Both the position numbers and the translations under genes were made by a program. Positions 10,534 through 19,137 of a DNA stretch of 41,207 bases are shown one piece after another (position 1 is the first letter of the stretch; the number at the start of each line of letters is the position of its first letter). The notes beneath the pieces are model-generated. The model ran no database searches and was not told the DNA's origin. It worked only from the letters and a program-made list of their open reading frames with translations. The DNA lies in sequence record DRR723986_10642; one strand, 5' to 3'.

Positions 10534-11778
10534 ATGACCGGCTTAGTGACCAAGCATATTGTCAGTGCAACTGGGGAGAGGCAAAAGCTTCTTGTGGACG
10601 GCTGTTCTGGTATTCCGCTGTTTTATCCCAACCTGTACATAACCTCTCAAATCCGTGGTAGCGCAAAATCTGTAGCCACCATCCAAAGTTTCATTACGTC
10701 AATGAAAGTCCTTCACTCTTGGTCGGCGGAGTATTCGGTCGATATTGAAGGGCGCTGGAGAAGAGCCGAATGGCTGAGAATCTGGGAAGTTGATTCCTTA
10801 AGAGATTTTTGTTCTTTAGCATTGCGGCAGGCGTTGGCTCTACAAGGGAAAGTCGTAAATATAAAGCAAGGCCGCCCTGTCGCTGCAAATGTGAATTCGC
10901 CAACGAAGTATGTTCGTATGACTTTTATTGCAGATTATCTGCGTTGGCTCGCTGAAGTGCTTAATACGGAGCCCGGTGAGGGGCGGAAAATTGAAATAGA
11001 CGAGATGTATAAAAGCATCAAGTCACATCGGCCTAAGAAAAAAGGGAGGTCGGATGCCTCTCGAGAAGATAAAGGGCTTGACCCAGGATTGTTGCAGGAA
11101 GTCATGGAGGCCTCTAAGCCTGGACATGAGCGCAATCCTTATCACGGTTACTCTCTTCAGGTGCGAAATGCAGCGATTATGGCTTTGTTGCATTTTCTTG
11201 GTATACGAAGGGGGGAGCTCCTTAATCTGAGAGTTGATGATATAGACTTTATTGCCAATGAACTCCGAGTCGTCAGGCGGGCCGATAGCTCTATAGACAG
11301 TCGGATATATCAGCCGTTGGTAAAAACAGAAGAACGCATACTGCCGATAAGTAACAGGTTGGCTGAAATATTGAGCGAATATGTAACAGAGCTCCGTTCA
11401 GCATTTCCTCGAGCCAGAAAACACCCGTATTTGTTTGTGACACATAAGTCAGGCCCATATCAAGGGGAGCCTCTATCTAACAGTGGTTTTGGTAAGTTGA
11501 TGTCGGCTATGCAGGGCGTCGCGGAGGAATTCTCGCTCGTCCACGCGCATGCGTTCAGGCATAGCTGGAACTACCGCTTTTCAAAGGCTTTGGATGAAGC
11601 TGGTGATGCTCATGGCCCAGAGCGAGAAGAGCAAATGAGGTCGTACCTCATGGGTTGGAAAGAAACTTCAGGTACGGCGGCTACCTATAACAGACGGCAT
11701 ATAAAGGAAAAAGCCAAAGAAGCGATCTTGGTATATCAGCGTGGTATCGGGCGATCAGGAGTGGCTTCTGATGAATAG
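10534..11778 (+). CDS. Tyrosine recombinase/integrase, GinA-like
   Basis: Catalytic set: GIRRGELLNL (Arg), VKT (Lys), HAFRH (His-x-x-Arg), MGW, AATYN (Tyr). Confidence 0.9.
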   Translation: MTGLVTKHIVSATGERQKLLVDGCSGIPLFYPNLYITSQIRGSAKSVATIQSFITSMKVLHSWSAEYSVDIEGRWRRAEWLRIWEVDSLRDFCSLALRQALALQGKVVNIKQGRPVAANVNSPTKYVRMTFIADYLRWLAEVLNTEPGEGRKIEIDEMYKSIKSHRPKKKGRSDASREDKGLDPGLLQEVMEASKPGHERNPYHGYSLQVRNAAIMALLHFLGIRRGELLNLRVDDIDFIANELRVVRRADSSIDSRIYQPLVKTEERILPISNRLAEILSEYVTELRSAFPRARKHPYLFVTHKSGPYQGEPLSNSGFGKLMSAMQGVAEEFSLVHAHAFRHSWNYRFSKALDEAGDAHGPEREEQMRSYLMGWKETSGTAATYNRRHIKEKAKEAILVYQRGIGRSGVASDE

Positions 11779-13315
11779 TTCTACAGGGTTCAAGGTAAGC
11801 TATAAGAAAAAGTTATTCATCTCCCGGGATAATAGAGCATTTAATATAGACGATGACTCCTGGAGATTAAATAAGAATGTTGTAGTTGCCGTTAAATGGA
11901 TGTCGAGATTGGCTCCAATGGTTGAGGCTTCCTTAAAGAGTGTGCTGGCGCGCAGTGCGGAGGAGTACGCGGCGGAAACGGTAAGGGGACTCAACGATGA
12001 AACTAGGCGGTACTTCAACATCACGGGAGATAGCGAGTTTCTTGTTGACTCACTCATTTCGTATCGATCAGTCTTGTCTCGCGATGAGGAGCAAAAGCTA
12101 GCCACAATAAGGATGCTGGTGAGAAATTGGTCTGACTGGGGGTACCCGGGTATTTCTCATGACGTTATGAAACTGCTAGATGGATGGCGCCTGAGGGGGA
12201 TGGAGAAAGGAAAGGCGATAAAAAGGCTGGATCCAAAAGAGGGGCCTTTAACAGAGATCGAGATGAGTGCCCTGACTGATGCAATGTTGCAGGCCTATAT
12301 TTCTGGTCAGATAAGCCTTTCGGCTTACGCACTATCGGCAGTTCTTGTCTATACAGGTCGCAGACCAATACAAATTACAAGCCTGAAGATTAAGGATATT
12401 TGTTCACGAAAAGAGGGTGAGGTTACCGAATACTGGATAAATTTCCCAAGAGCTAAGCAGAGATTCTCGAAGTGGCGAACGGAGTTTAATGCCTACCCAA
12501 TAACAGAAGATCTCTGGAATCTGTTAAGCCTGCACGCAAGTAAAATATCGGAAAAAGCCGCGGAACTTGTTGGCGGGGAGCTAACGGGTCAGGCAGTACA
12601 AGAGCTGCCTCTATTTCCAGACTTTGATGCAGTAAGAGAGTGTAACGATACCAGCGAATTGTTGGCTGCATCCCTTGGTGATGAACTTCATTCTGAGCGA
12701 GATTTGTGCAATGAAGTGATGAGGAGGCTGGAGAATCAGCTTGATGTCTATTCGGAGCGAACAGGAAAGAAGCTGAATCTATCCACTCGGCGGTTTAGGT
12801 ACACTCTGGGGAGCAATATCGCTCGCGAGGGGAAAGGTGAGCTAATCATCGCGGAAGCGTTAGATCATTCCGACACGCAGAATGTGGGGGTTTATGTGAA
12901 AAATCTCCCTGATGTGGTGGAGCGCATCGATCGGGCGGTGGCTCTACAGCTAGCGCCATTGGCACAGGCTTTCCAGGGTGTATTGATACAGTCGGAAGCT
13001 GAGGCGGAGCGCGGTGGCGACTTAAGTAGTCGCGTTGGCAATGCTGAAGTAAATGTCGGTAATTGCGGGAGTTATGGCTTTTGTGGCGCTATGGCGCCGA
13101 TTGCGTGTTACACATGTAGGCACTTTCAGCCCTGGGTGGATGGGCCGCATGAGATCATTCTGGATGAGTTAATCGACAAGCGCGATCAAGTGTTACGTAA
13201 TACCCGTGATATTAAAGTTGCTTCCTCCAATGACCGTTTGATACTGGCCGTCGCTCAGGTTATTCAACGCTGTAATGCGAAAAAAGCCGAACGACTGCAG
13301 TTGGAGGAATGCTGA
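11771..13315 (+). CDS. Tyrosine recombinase-like protein with C-terminal Cys cluster, GinB-like
   Basis: YTGRRPIQI (Arg), RRFRYT (box II with His replaced by Arg), LDHSD...GVYV (Tyr), then GNCGSYGFC...ACYTC; ATG 11771 with AGGAG SD overlaps the upstream stop. Confidence 0.85.
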   Translation: MNSSTGFKVSYKKKLFISRDNRAFNIDDDSWRLNKNVVVAVKWMSRLAPMVEASLKSVLARSAEEYAAETVRGLNDETRRYFNITGDSEFLVDSLISYRSVLSRDEEQKLATIRMLVRNWSDWGYPGISHDVMKLLDGWRLRGMEKGKAIKRLDPKEGPLTEIEMSALTDAMLQAYISGQISLSAYALSAVLVYTGRRPIQITSLKIKDICSRKEGEVTEYWINFPRAKQRFSKWRTEFNAYPITEDLWNLLSLHASKISEKAAELVGGELTGQAVQELPLFPDFDAVRECNDTSELLAASLGDELHSERDLCNEVMRRLENQLDVYSERTGKKLNLSTRRFRYTLGSNIAREGKGELIIAEALDHSDTQNVGVYVKNLPDVVERIDRAVALQLAPLAQAFQGVLIQSEAEAERGGDLSSRVGNAEVNVGNCGSYGFCGAMAPIACYTCRHFQPWVDGPHEIILDELIDKRDQVLRNTRDIKVASSNDRLILAVAQVIQRCNAKKAERLQLEEC

Positions 13316-15339
13316 TGGGCGAGATCTTCCAGTTTATACCTAAGGCTGAATTGGATGCTAAGGCGAATGTTGATGAATTCATCCGCCGTTGTCGCCATGA
13401 TTTAACAGTCTTTGGCAATACCCTTGATTGGAATAGCTGGAATTGGAAAGGGGTGGTCAACTACACGAAAATCGGTGCACCAAGCCGAGGTATAAAACCT
13501 GAACATTTACTTGATGAAGAAATTCAGAGCTTTGCGAAAGCCTATATTCGTTACCAGCAAGGGCATAATCCGACAAAAAATATTCAAGAGATTAAAGCCA
13601 TTCGGTGTATCGAGCCTGCCTTAATCAAGGTAAAGGGGGTGGCAGATATTACTAAGGTCGAGGTGTGTGTTCTTGATGAGGCTGCAGTAGTTGCTCGAGA
13701 GCAATATGGCAGTTCTGGTTATCACGCGGGTGCGCATCTGGAGAAGCTGTCTAAGTTTTTGTCAGATAATGGGATGATCAAATCTCCCGTAATTTGGAAA
13801 AACCCTATCCCTCGATATGAGGACAGAAACCGTACAGGTGAAAAAGGCAGAGCCCATAGGGAGAAGAGGCTACCTAAAGACTATCAGTTGGAATACATGG
13901 CTGAAATGTTCGCAAATGATCTGCAGGAGCCGCGTGATCGATTTACGACTTCAATGTTCGCGCTAGGTATGTGCGCGCCGGGCCGTGTGTCCGAATTTCA
14001 GGATTTGTCGGTCGACTGCGTTCATGAGGAAATTGATAGAAAAGGGGTAAATAGGCTCGGACTGCGTTTTTATGCGGGAAAGGGTTTCGGCGCAGATATA
14101 AAGTGGGTTAGTTCACCGTTTGTTTCTATTGCGAGAGAAGCGATATCAAGGTTAATGGAACTTTCGGCTGAGGGACGAAAACTCGCCAGTTGGCTGGAAG
14201 CCCAGCCGGATAAATTTTATCGCCATGAACTGTGTCCTGATGTTGGAGAGGATGAGCCGTTATCTGCTGAGCAGATTTGTCAGGCTATGGGTTGGGTCGT
14301 CCGTGACGGAAAGTCTGCGATGTCGGTGGCTTTTAATCCGAGCAAAAAGAAAATATTGGCTATTCGACAAGCGAAGGGCGCTATTACTCTAAGGGACTTG
14401 AATAAGATCGTTCATGCGGAGCTTCCTGCAGGCTGGCCTTGGAAGAATAGAGAGCGCGGTGTGAGGTATTCGGACGCTCTGTTGTGCCTCAGAATGAATG
14501 AGCTCCACGCTAATAGGGGGGTGTCACCAGTACAGCTATGGACGCCAGATAACGCGACGTTTACATATGATCTAGGGCCAAGAAAAGGTGCGAACCAAAA
14601 GAGCATCTGGCAGCGTCATGGCTACAAAAATCCCGATGGTTCAGAAATAAAGTTTACCTCGCACCAGCTGAGGCACCTCCTGAATACAGTAGCGCAACGT
14701 GGTGATCTCGGTCAGCTGGATATTGCGATGTGGTCTGGTCGTGCCAATATCCACCAAAATCGCACGTACAATCATATGTCTGAGTATGAGGTGATAGATA
14801 AGGTCAAAAGGGTGCCTGGCTTGGTGGCGATGATGGGGCCTCTGGAAAAGGTTAAAAGTCATATGCCTGTAACCCTCGAGGACTTGGATGCTATTGGTGA
14901 GGGTATTGCTCATGTGACTGAATATGGGTTTTGTGTGCATGATTTTTCGATGGTGCCGTGCCAGAAGCATCGAGACTGCATCAACTGCACCGAACAGGTA
15001 TGTGTGAAGGGAGATGAGGAAAAGCTGGCTCGCCTCAAGATGCAGCGGGATATGACGCAAGCGCAGTTGGATAAAGCGGAGTCTGGGGTGGCTGAGGGAT
15101 TTTATGGGGCAGGACGATGGTACGAACATCAAAAGCAGACGCTGGCGCGAGCAATTGAGCTGATTCAGCTCCTTGAGTCGGATGATATTGAGGATGGCGC
15201 GATAATTCGGTTGCGCAATGACAACGAGTTTAGCCCATTGAGGCGTGAAATAGCTGCAAAGGAATCACAGCCTAGATTAGGGGCTGGCAATGCAAATAAT
15301 GAGGAAATGAGAGCTTTATTAGGAGGCGATATTGGCTAA
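13315..15339 (+). CDS. Large tyrosine recombinase-like protein with C-terminal Cys cluster, GinC-like
   Basis: APGRVSE (Arg), HQLRH, SGR...RTYNH (Tyr), then GFCVHDFSMVPCQKHRDCINC; TGATG overlap with upstream gene and GGAGGA SD. Confidence 0.85.
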   Translation: MGEIFQFIPKAELDAKANVDEFIRRCRHDLTVFGNTLDWNSWNWKGVVNYTKIGAPSRGIKPEHLLDEEIQSFAKAYIRYQQGHNPTKNIQEIKAIRCIEPALIKVKGVADITKVEVCVLDEAAVVAREQYGSSGYHAGAHLEKLSKFLSDNGMIKSPVIWKNPIPRYEDRNRTGEKGRAHREKRLPKDYQLEYMAEMFANDLQEPRDRFTTSMFALGMCAPGRVSEFQDLSVDCVHEEIDRKGVNRLGLRFYAGKGFGADIKWVSSPFVSIAREAISRLMELSAEGRKLASWLEAQPDKFYRHELCPDVGEDEPLSAEQICQAMGWVVRDGKSAMSVAFNPSKKKILAIRQAKGAITLRDLNKIVHAELPAGWPWKNRERGVRYSDALLCLRMNELHANRGVSPVQLWTPDNATFTYDLGPRKGANQKSIWQRHGYKNPDGSEIKFTSHQLRHLLNTVAQRGDLGQLDIAMWSGRANIHQNRTYNHMSEYEVIDKVKRVPGLVAMMGPLEKVKSHMPVTLEDLDAIGEGIAHVTEYGFCVHDFSMVPCQKHRDCINCTEQVCVKGDEEKLARLKMQRDMTQAQLDKAESGVAEGFYGAGRWYEHQKQTLARAIELIQLLESDDIEDGAIIRLRNDNEFSPLRREIAAKESQPRLGAGNANNEEMRALLGGDIG

Positions 15340-15736
15340 GCACCTGACTGAGCTGGATATAGAAAAAATTCTTGGTGTTATAGACGGTTGGCAAGGTAAG
15401 CTGACGTGGGACAGGCTATGTGATGCGGTCATAGGGCAAATAGGTAAGCGTCCAACTCGACAGTCGTTAAATGCGAACAAGCGGATCAAGCAGGCTTTTC
15501 TTGATAAGAAAACTAGGTTAAAGGGCGACTTTCAAGAGACAAAGACCCCGCCATCCTTGGCAATCGCAGGTCAGCGAATAAAACGCTTGGAAGAAGAGAA
15601 TCTTCGACTGAAAGCTGAGAATGCCAGGCTTCTTGAGCAGTATATCGTTTGGCAGTACAACGCTTATCGGCATGGTTTAACTGAAGAGCAGCTCAACTCT
15701 GAGCTGCCAGTTATCGATAGAGAAGCTAGTCGATAG
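15332..15736 (+). CDS. Small helical/coiled-coil accessory protein, GinD-like (TnpC-like)
   Basis: TTG start with AGGAGG SD overlapping the upstream stop; N-terminal helical segment (LTWDRLCDAV...PTRQSL) and heptad RIKRLEEENLRLKAENARLLEQ. Confidence 0.75.
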   Translation: MAKHLTELDIEKILGVIDGWQGKLTWDRLCDAVIGQIGKRPTRQSLNANKRIKQAFLDKKTRLKGDFQETKTPPSLAIAGQRIKRLEEENLRLKAENARLLEQYIVWQYNAYRHGLTEEQLNSELPVIDREASR

Positions 15737-15749
15737 TTGTTACTGTGTT

Positions 15750-16826
15750 TTACTCATTTATTACAATGATCGGGTGGGCTCTATCATTCGGCGAGCCAGG
15801 AAAGCTTGAGTAATAAACGGAGTTTTTGTCTGTTGTGTTTGGCCTGTCGGGGCCGTAGACGCTTTCCATGCTGAAAAATCTTTGGCCCGTTTCAGAGGTT
15901 ATAAATCCACTGTAGTTATTTTGAATAAGGTTGTTTACAGTGCCGACTTCGCGCTCTACAGATAAATAGCATAGCTGCTCGCATTGCTTTGCTATCTCTG
16001 TAGCGTTTGGGCGTGATTTGTCGTCGTATTCCAAGCAGCTTTCTATGACGGTTTGAAGCTCTTTCGACAATGGTGAGAGCTGGGGGTTGTTTGTCATGAA
16101 TGCCGGCCATTCTTTCCTGTTTCTGTTCTTTACATTTACAGCGGCTTCGAGATAAACGCCAAATGGGAACTCACCCGTCAAAAGTTTGAACATCATCGCG
16201 CCTAGTGACCATATGTCTACACTTTGTCCAACCTGTTCGCCTGAGTTTCGGAACATCATCTCAGGGGCCATAAAAGGAAGGGCTCCTTTTATTGTGCCAG
16301 AGTTTGACTGAGTTATTTCCCCAGCCTCTGCGGCTTCGTCAAATACCTGCTCAGTCAGGGTTGCGATTCCGAAGTCTGTGATTTTTAGCTCATTGATATT
16401 TACACCGGAAGTTGTCATCACATTACTTGGTTTTAGATCGCGGTGTATGACTCCTGCACGATGTGATGCTTCAACACCTTTAGCTAAGAGATGGAGTATT
16501 TGTGCTCCTAGATGGGGGTCAAATATGCCCAATTTCTGCTGTTTTTCATCTAGAGTTTCCCCTTCTATAAATTCTTCAATGAGGAATTCGGCTGCTTCCG
16601 TGTCAAGGTAGTCTAGGGTTTTAGCTATGTTGTGGTGGTTTACCTTGGCGGCCACGATAGCGCTACTTCGGAACCTTTTGGCAGATTGTTCGTTTTGAGG
16701 TGTTTTGAGGGCGACGTCAATTTCCAGGAGGGTGTCTAATGCGAGATATACATCCTGCATACCACCTCGGCCTATGTGTCCTTTGACTATGTATCTTCCG
16801 TCTATTTCTGTTCCGGGCTTTATCAT
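15750..16826 (-). CDS. Hanks-type Ser/Thr protein kinase with C-terminal cold-shock/OB-like domain
   Basis: GRGGMQDVY, VALKT, HRDLKPSN, DFG, FMAPE, DIWSLG; tail REVGTV...YSGFI...RFFS; start ATG 16826 in an ATGA overlap with the upstream kinase. Confidence 0.9.
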   Translation of the reverse strand: MIKPGTEIDGRYIVKGHIGRGGMQDVYLALDTLLEIDVALKTPQNEQSAKRFRSSAIVAAKVNHHNIAKTLDYLDTEAAEFLIEEFIEGETLDEKQQKLGIFDPHLGAQILHLLAKGVEASHRAGVIHRDLKPSNVMTTSGVNINELKITDFGIATLTEQVFDEAAEAGEITQSNSGTIKGALPFMAPEMMFRNSGEQVGQSVDIWSLGAMMFKLLTGEFPFGVYLEAAVNVKNRNRKEWPAFMTNNPQLSPLSKELQTVIESCLEYDDKSRPNATEIAKQCEQLCYLSVEREVGTVNNLIQNNYSGFITSETGQRFFSMESVYGPDRPNTTDKNSVYYSSFPGSPNDRAHPIIVINE

Positions 16827-17896
16827 GCTGTGACCTCCGGGTTTGAAACATCGAATGTCATAAATTTGCGGTGCTTCGCGTTGCCGAAAGCAATTACACA
16901 GCATGCGGGTAATTCGCTGCCCGCAGTGGCCAGTTTGTTGTTAATTTTCACCGTTCCTGATAGCTGGCCGACATTGAAAGAGGTGCCGTCGTAGTGGATT
17001 TGCATAGTTCCTAGAGTGCCGCATGTAACATTAACGGAAGGCGTTTGAGCATCGATCTCATGAGTATTTCCGTTCATCACTAATAAGGCGCGGTGTTGGC
17101 CGGCTACGATGTGGCGTCTAATCAGCGCCTCCACATCGCGCATTTCTGGTCTTCGCTCGGGGTTACTGTCGATGCATCGTATTATGATTTCTATGACTTC
17201 TTTTGGTGCGCCAGATAGGAGCGACTCGATGCTATCTGCTGGGGCTGGAACTGGGGGTCTGTCGAACAACTCTTGGGGGAGTTTGTTGCTGATTAGATTT
17301 AGTGCAGTTATGCCAAATGCGTATACGTCCACAGCTCTGTCGAAGGCTATATTAGCTTCGCGCTTCCACAGCTCTGGAGCCATAAATATCGGTGTTCCAA
17401 TAACATTTACGGTTGAGGCTTCCGGTCCTTCGTGTCTTGCCAATCCGAAATCTAGAATCTTAATTACATTGTCAGAGTTCACCAGTAGATTATTGGGTTT
17501 GATATCTCGGTGAATAACGCCTGCTGCGTGTATTTCGCTCAGCCCGCATGCGATCTGCCATAGACTCCTAAGGTAATGCTCGTCTGAAGAGTATGACCCT
17601 GGAGTCAGTTGATTGCCCCTGATGCACTCTAGTACAAGAGCCTTTCTGCTTTCGCCATTCTCATCTATATTTACGACATCGAAAAGCTGGACGACATGTT
17701 TTGAGCGAACCTTGATTAGGGCCTTTTGTTCGTCGAGTAGCCTTCTTTGATCTTCACCTGGTTTCAGTAACTTAAGGACTACATTTCGTTGTAAGTGATT
17801 ATCAATGCAGTGAATGATGTCGCCCATCCCTCCTTGTTCTGATTGACCTGTCGGGCTGTACCGTTCAGGGAATATCACGATCGGACTCCTTTCCAC
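16823..17896 (-). CDS. Hanks-type Ser/Thr protein kinase with C-terminal beta-rich (FHA-like) domain
   Basis: QGGMGDI, VVLKL, alphaC Glu in LLDEQKAL, HRDIKPNN, DFG, GTPIFMAPE, DVYAFG; GTG start overlaps the phosphatase TAG (TAGTG). Confidence 0.9.
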   Translation of the reverse strand: MERSPIVIFPERYSPTGQSEQGGMGDIIHCIDNHLQRNVVLKLLKPGEDQRRLLDEQKALIKVRSKHVVQLFDVVNIDENGESRKALVLECIRGNQLTPGSYSSDEHYLRSLWQIACGLSEIHAAGVIHRDIKPNNLLVNSDNVIKILDFGLARHEGPEASTVNVIGTPIFMAPELWKREANIAFDRAVDVYAFGITALNLISNKLPQELFDRPPVPAPADSIESLLSGAPKEVIEIIIRCIDSNPERRPEMRDVEALIRRHIVAGQHRALLVMNGNTHEIDAQTPSVNVTCGTLGTMQIHYDGTSFNVGQLSGTVKINNKLATAGSELPACCVIAFGNAKHRKFMTFDVSNPEVTA

Positions 17897-18921
17897 TATT
17901 TGTCTTTGGGGGTGGGCATAACGTCTATTTCAAATTGTTCATGCTTAGAGCTCTTTGTATTTTCCTTCGTTGCCTTTCGTGGTCGTTTTTTTTGTGGTGG
18001 CTTCAGGGGCTCTAATTTGGGATCTGGTGGCGTGGTGCTCAGCTTGTTTGGGAGCGCAGCTCCACCCTTGGTGTCCTGTTTTGTCCAAGTGATTATGAGT
18101 GACCCGAAAGGGTCATGTATTTCGATGCCTGGTGAAGGCTCTTGCAGTGCTTCTGTCAATTTATTTATCGATACATAAGCGGCTGTCGCATTGTCGGGGC
18201 CTCCTCTCCATTTTGCATATGCTAGCAATTGTTGGACAGATGTTGCCGGTGTTGATGCATTTAGGGCAATGTCGCTGAGAACAGCCTGATCAATAAAATG
18301 AACGCCGTCCGATGTAAGTATCAAGCTCTCTAGGTTGTCTGAGACAACGCGGGTGTGGGCGTCTAATCCCTCGCCCATCCCAATAAATTGTATGAGTGCG
18401 CGCCCGTGCCCTCCAACAGCCTCCTCGAGTGAGTCATCCGTCGTTAGTCGTAGCAGCTTTGTTTGAGCTTTAGGCTGAGTCGCATAAATGCGGCTGTCGC
18501 CAACGTTAACTGTATATGTTCTGTTTTTATCAGTAAAAATGACAGCTGATAGTGTGGCTCCGCCGGAGCCTTGGCAGAAGTCGAAAACCGTTGAGTTGGC
18601 AGTATTTGCAGCAAGTTTGAGTCTTTCTTCTGGGGGGCGGTTCCTGTGACTTATTAGACAGTTGAAAAATGACCCAATCGCCAACGCGGCGCACTCTTCT
18701 CCATTATTCATTCCCCCCATGCCGTCTGTTAACGCAATTGCCGTAAATCTTGGGAAGTTTGGTGAATTAGAGTCTACTTTCAGCATCGCAATGCGATCCT
18801 GGTTTTCCTTTCTGATTAGCCCGATGTCGGTGCCTAATGCAGTAGAATGGTTCTCAAGCAAGGAGTCTCCGGATTCTGGTACGGCCCTGAGTAACCAGCG
18901 CGATATTTTATCTGTTAACAT
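17896..18921 (-). CDS. PP2C/PPM-family Ser/Thr phosphatase
   Basis: TDIGLIRKENQD, DGMGG, GATL, NVGDSRIY, LTSDGV, GPDNAT; Pro/Lys-rich C-terminal tail; likely start ATG 18921 (341 aa). Confidence 0.92.
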   Translation of the reverse strand: MLTDKISRWLLRAVPESGDSLLENHSTALGTDIGLIRKENQDRIAMLKVDSNSPNFPRFTAIALTDGMGGMNNGEECAALAIGSFFNCLISHRNRPPEERLKLAANTANSTVFDFCQGSGGATLSAVIFTDKNRTYTVNVGDSRIYATQPKAQTKLLRLTTDDSLEEAVGGHGRALIQFIGMGEGLDAHTRVVSDNLESLILTSDGVHFIDQAVLSDIALNASTPATSVQQLLAYAKWRGGPDNATAAYVSINKLTEALQEPSPGIEIHDPFGSLIITWTKQDTKGGAALPNKLSTTPPDPKLEPLKPPQKKRPRKATKENTKSSKHEQFEIDVMPTPKDK

Positions 18922-18999
18922 AACTGTCCAGTCTTGTTGGTTGCAGGTCGTTAGCCAAAGTCCATGGTCGTCTGTTGGTGACTCTCGGAATGTTGGAAG

Positions 19000-19028
19000 A
19001 TAGTATGTTGTGGTTATAGAACTGTAAA
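19000..19028 (-). promoter_or_regulatory. Candidate sigma70 promoter of the phosphatase-kinase-kinase operon
   Basis: Minus strand TTTACA (19028-19023), 17 bp, TACTAT (19005-19000), about 80 bp upstream of ATG 18921. Confidence 0.6.
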
Positions 19029-19052
19029 GTTTGGCGGGCGAAAAATAGATTG

Positions 19053-19064
19053 CTTTACATTTTA
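19053..19064 (-). repeat. Right-end inverted copy of the left-end motif
   Basis: CTTTACATTTTA is the exact reverse complement of TAAAATGTAAAG at 10510-10521. Confidence 0.55.
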
Positions 19065-19137
19065 ATGTATTTTCGTACCGTTTTGAGGGATAAGTCATTA
19101 ATTGTATTAATGTTTTTGTTTTGTTAGGTAGTTGCAA

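Noticed and set aside
10520-10550. LexA box at the first integrase start (CTGTATGA...)
   Set aside because: The left half matches, but there is no CAG right half at the required spacing.
10534-15736. Prophage, ICE or RIT element interpretation
   Set aside because: No structural, replication or conjugation genes. The recombinases are larger than RIT ones, a fourth small gene is present, and the ends are direct rather than terminal inverted repeats.
16827-16904. Longer 384-aa version of the second kinase
   Set aside because: It overlaps the upstream kinase by 82 nt; ATG 16826 gives an ATGA coupling just before the typical GRY start of the kinase domain.
19054-19081. Outward-facing promoter at the right island end (TTTACA, 16 bp, TACCGT)
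   Set aside because: Weak -10 and short spacer; such matches are common in AT-rich DNA.
18922-19137. 72-codon N-terminal extension of the phosphatase ORF (TTG 19137)
   Set aside because: It runs through the AT-rich island end and the predicted promoter, has no SD and no domain-like sequence; ATG 18921 is more plausible.
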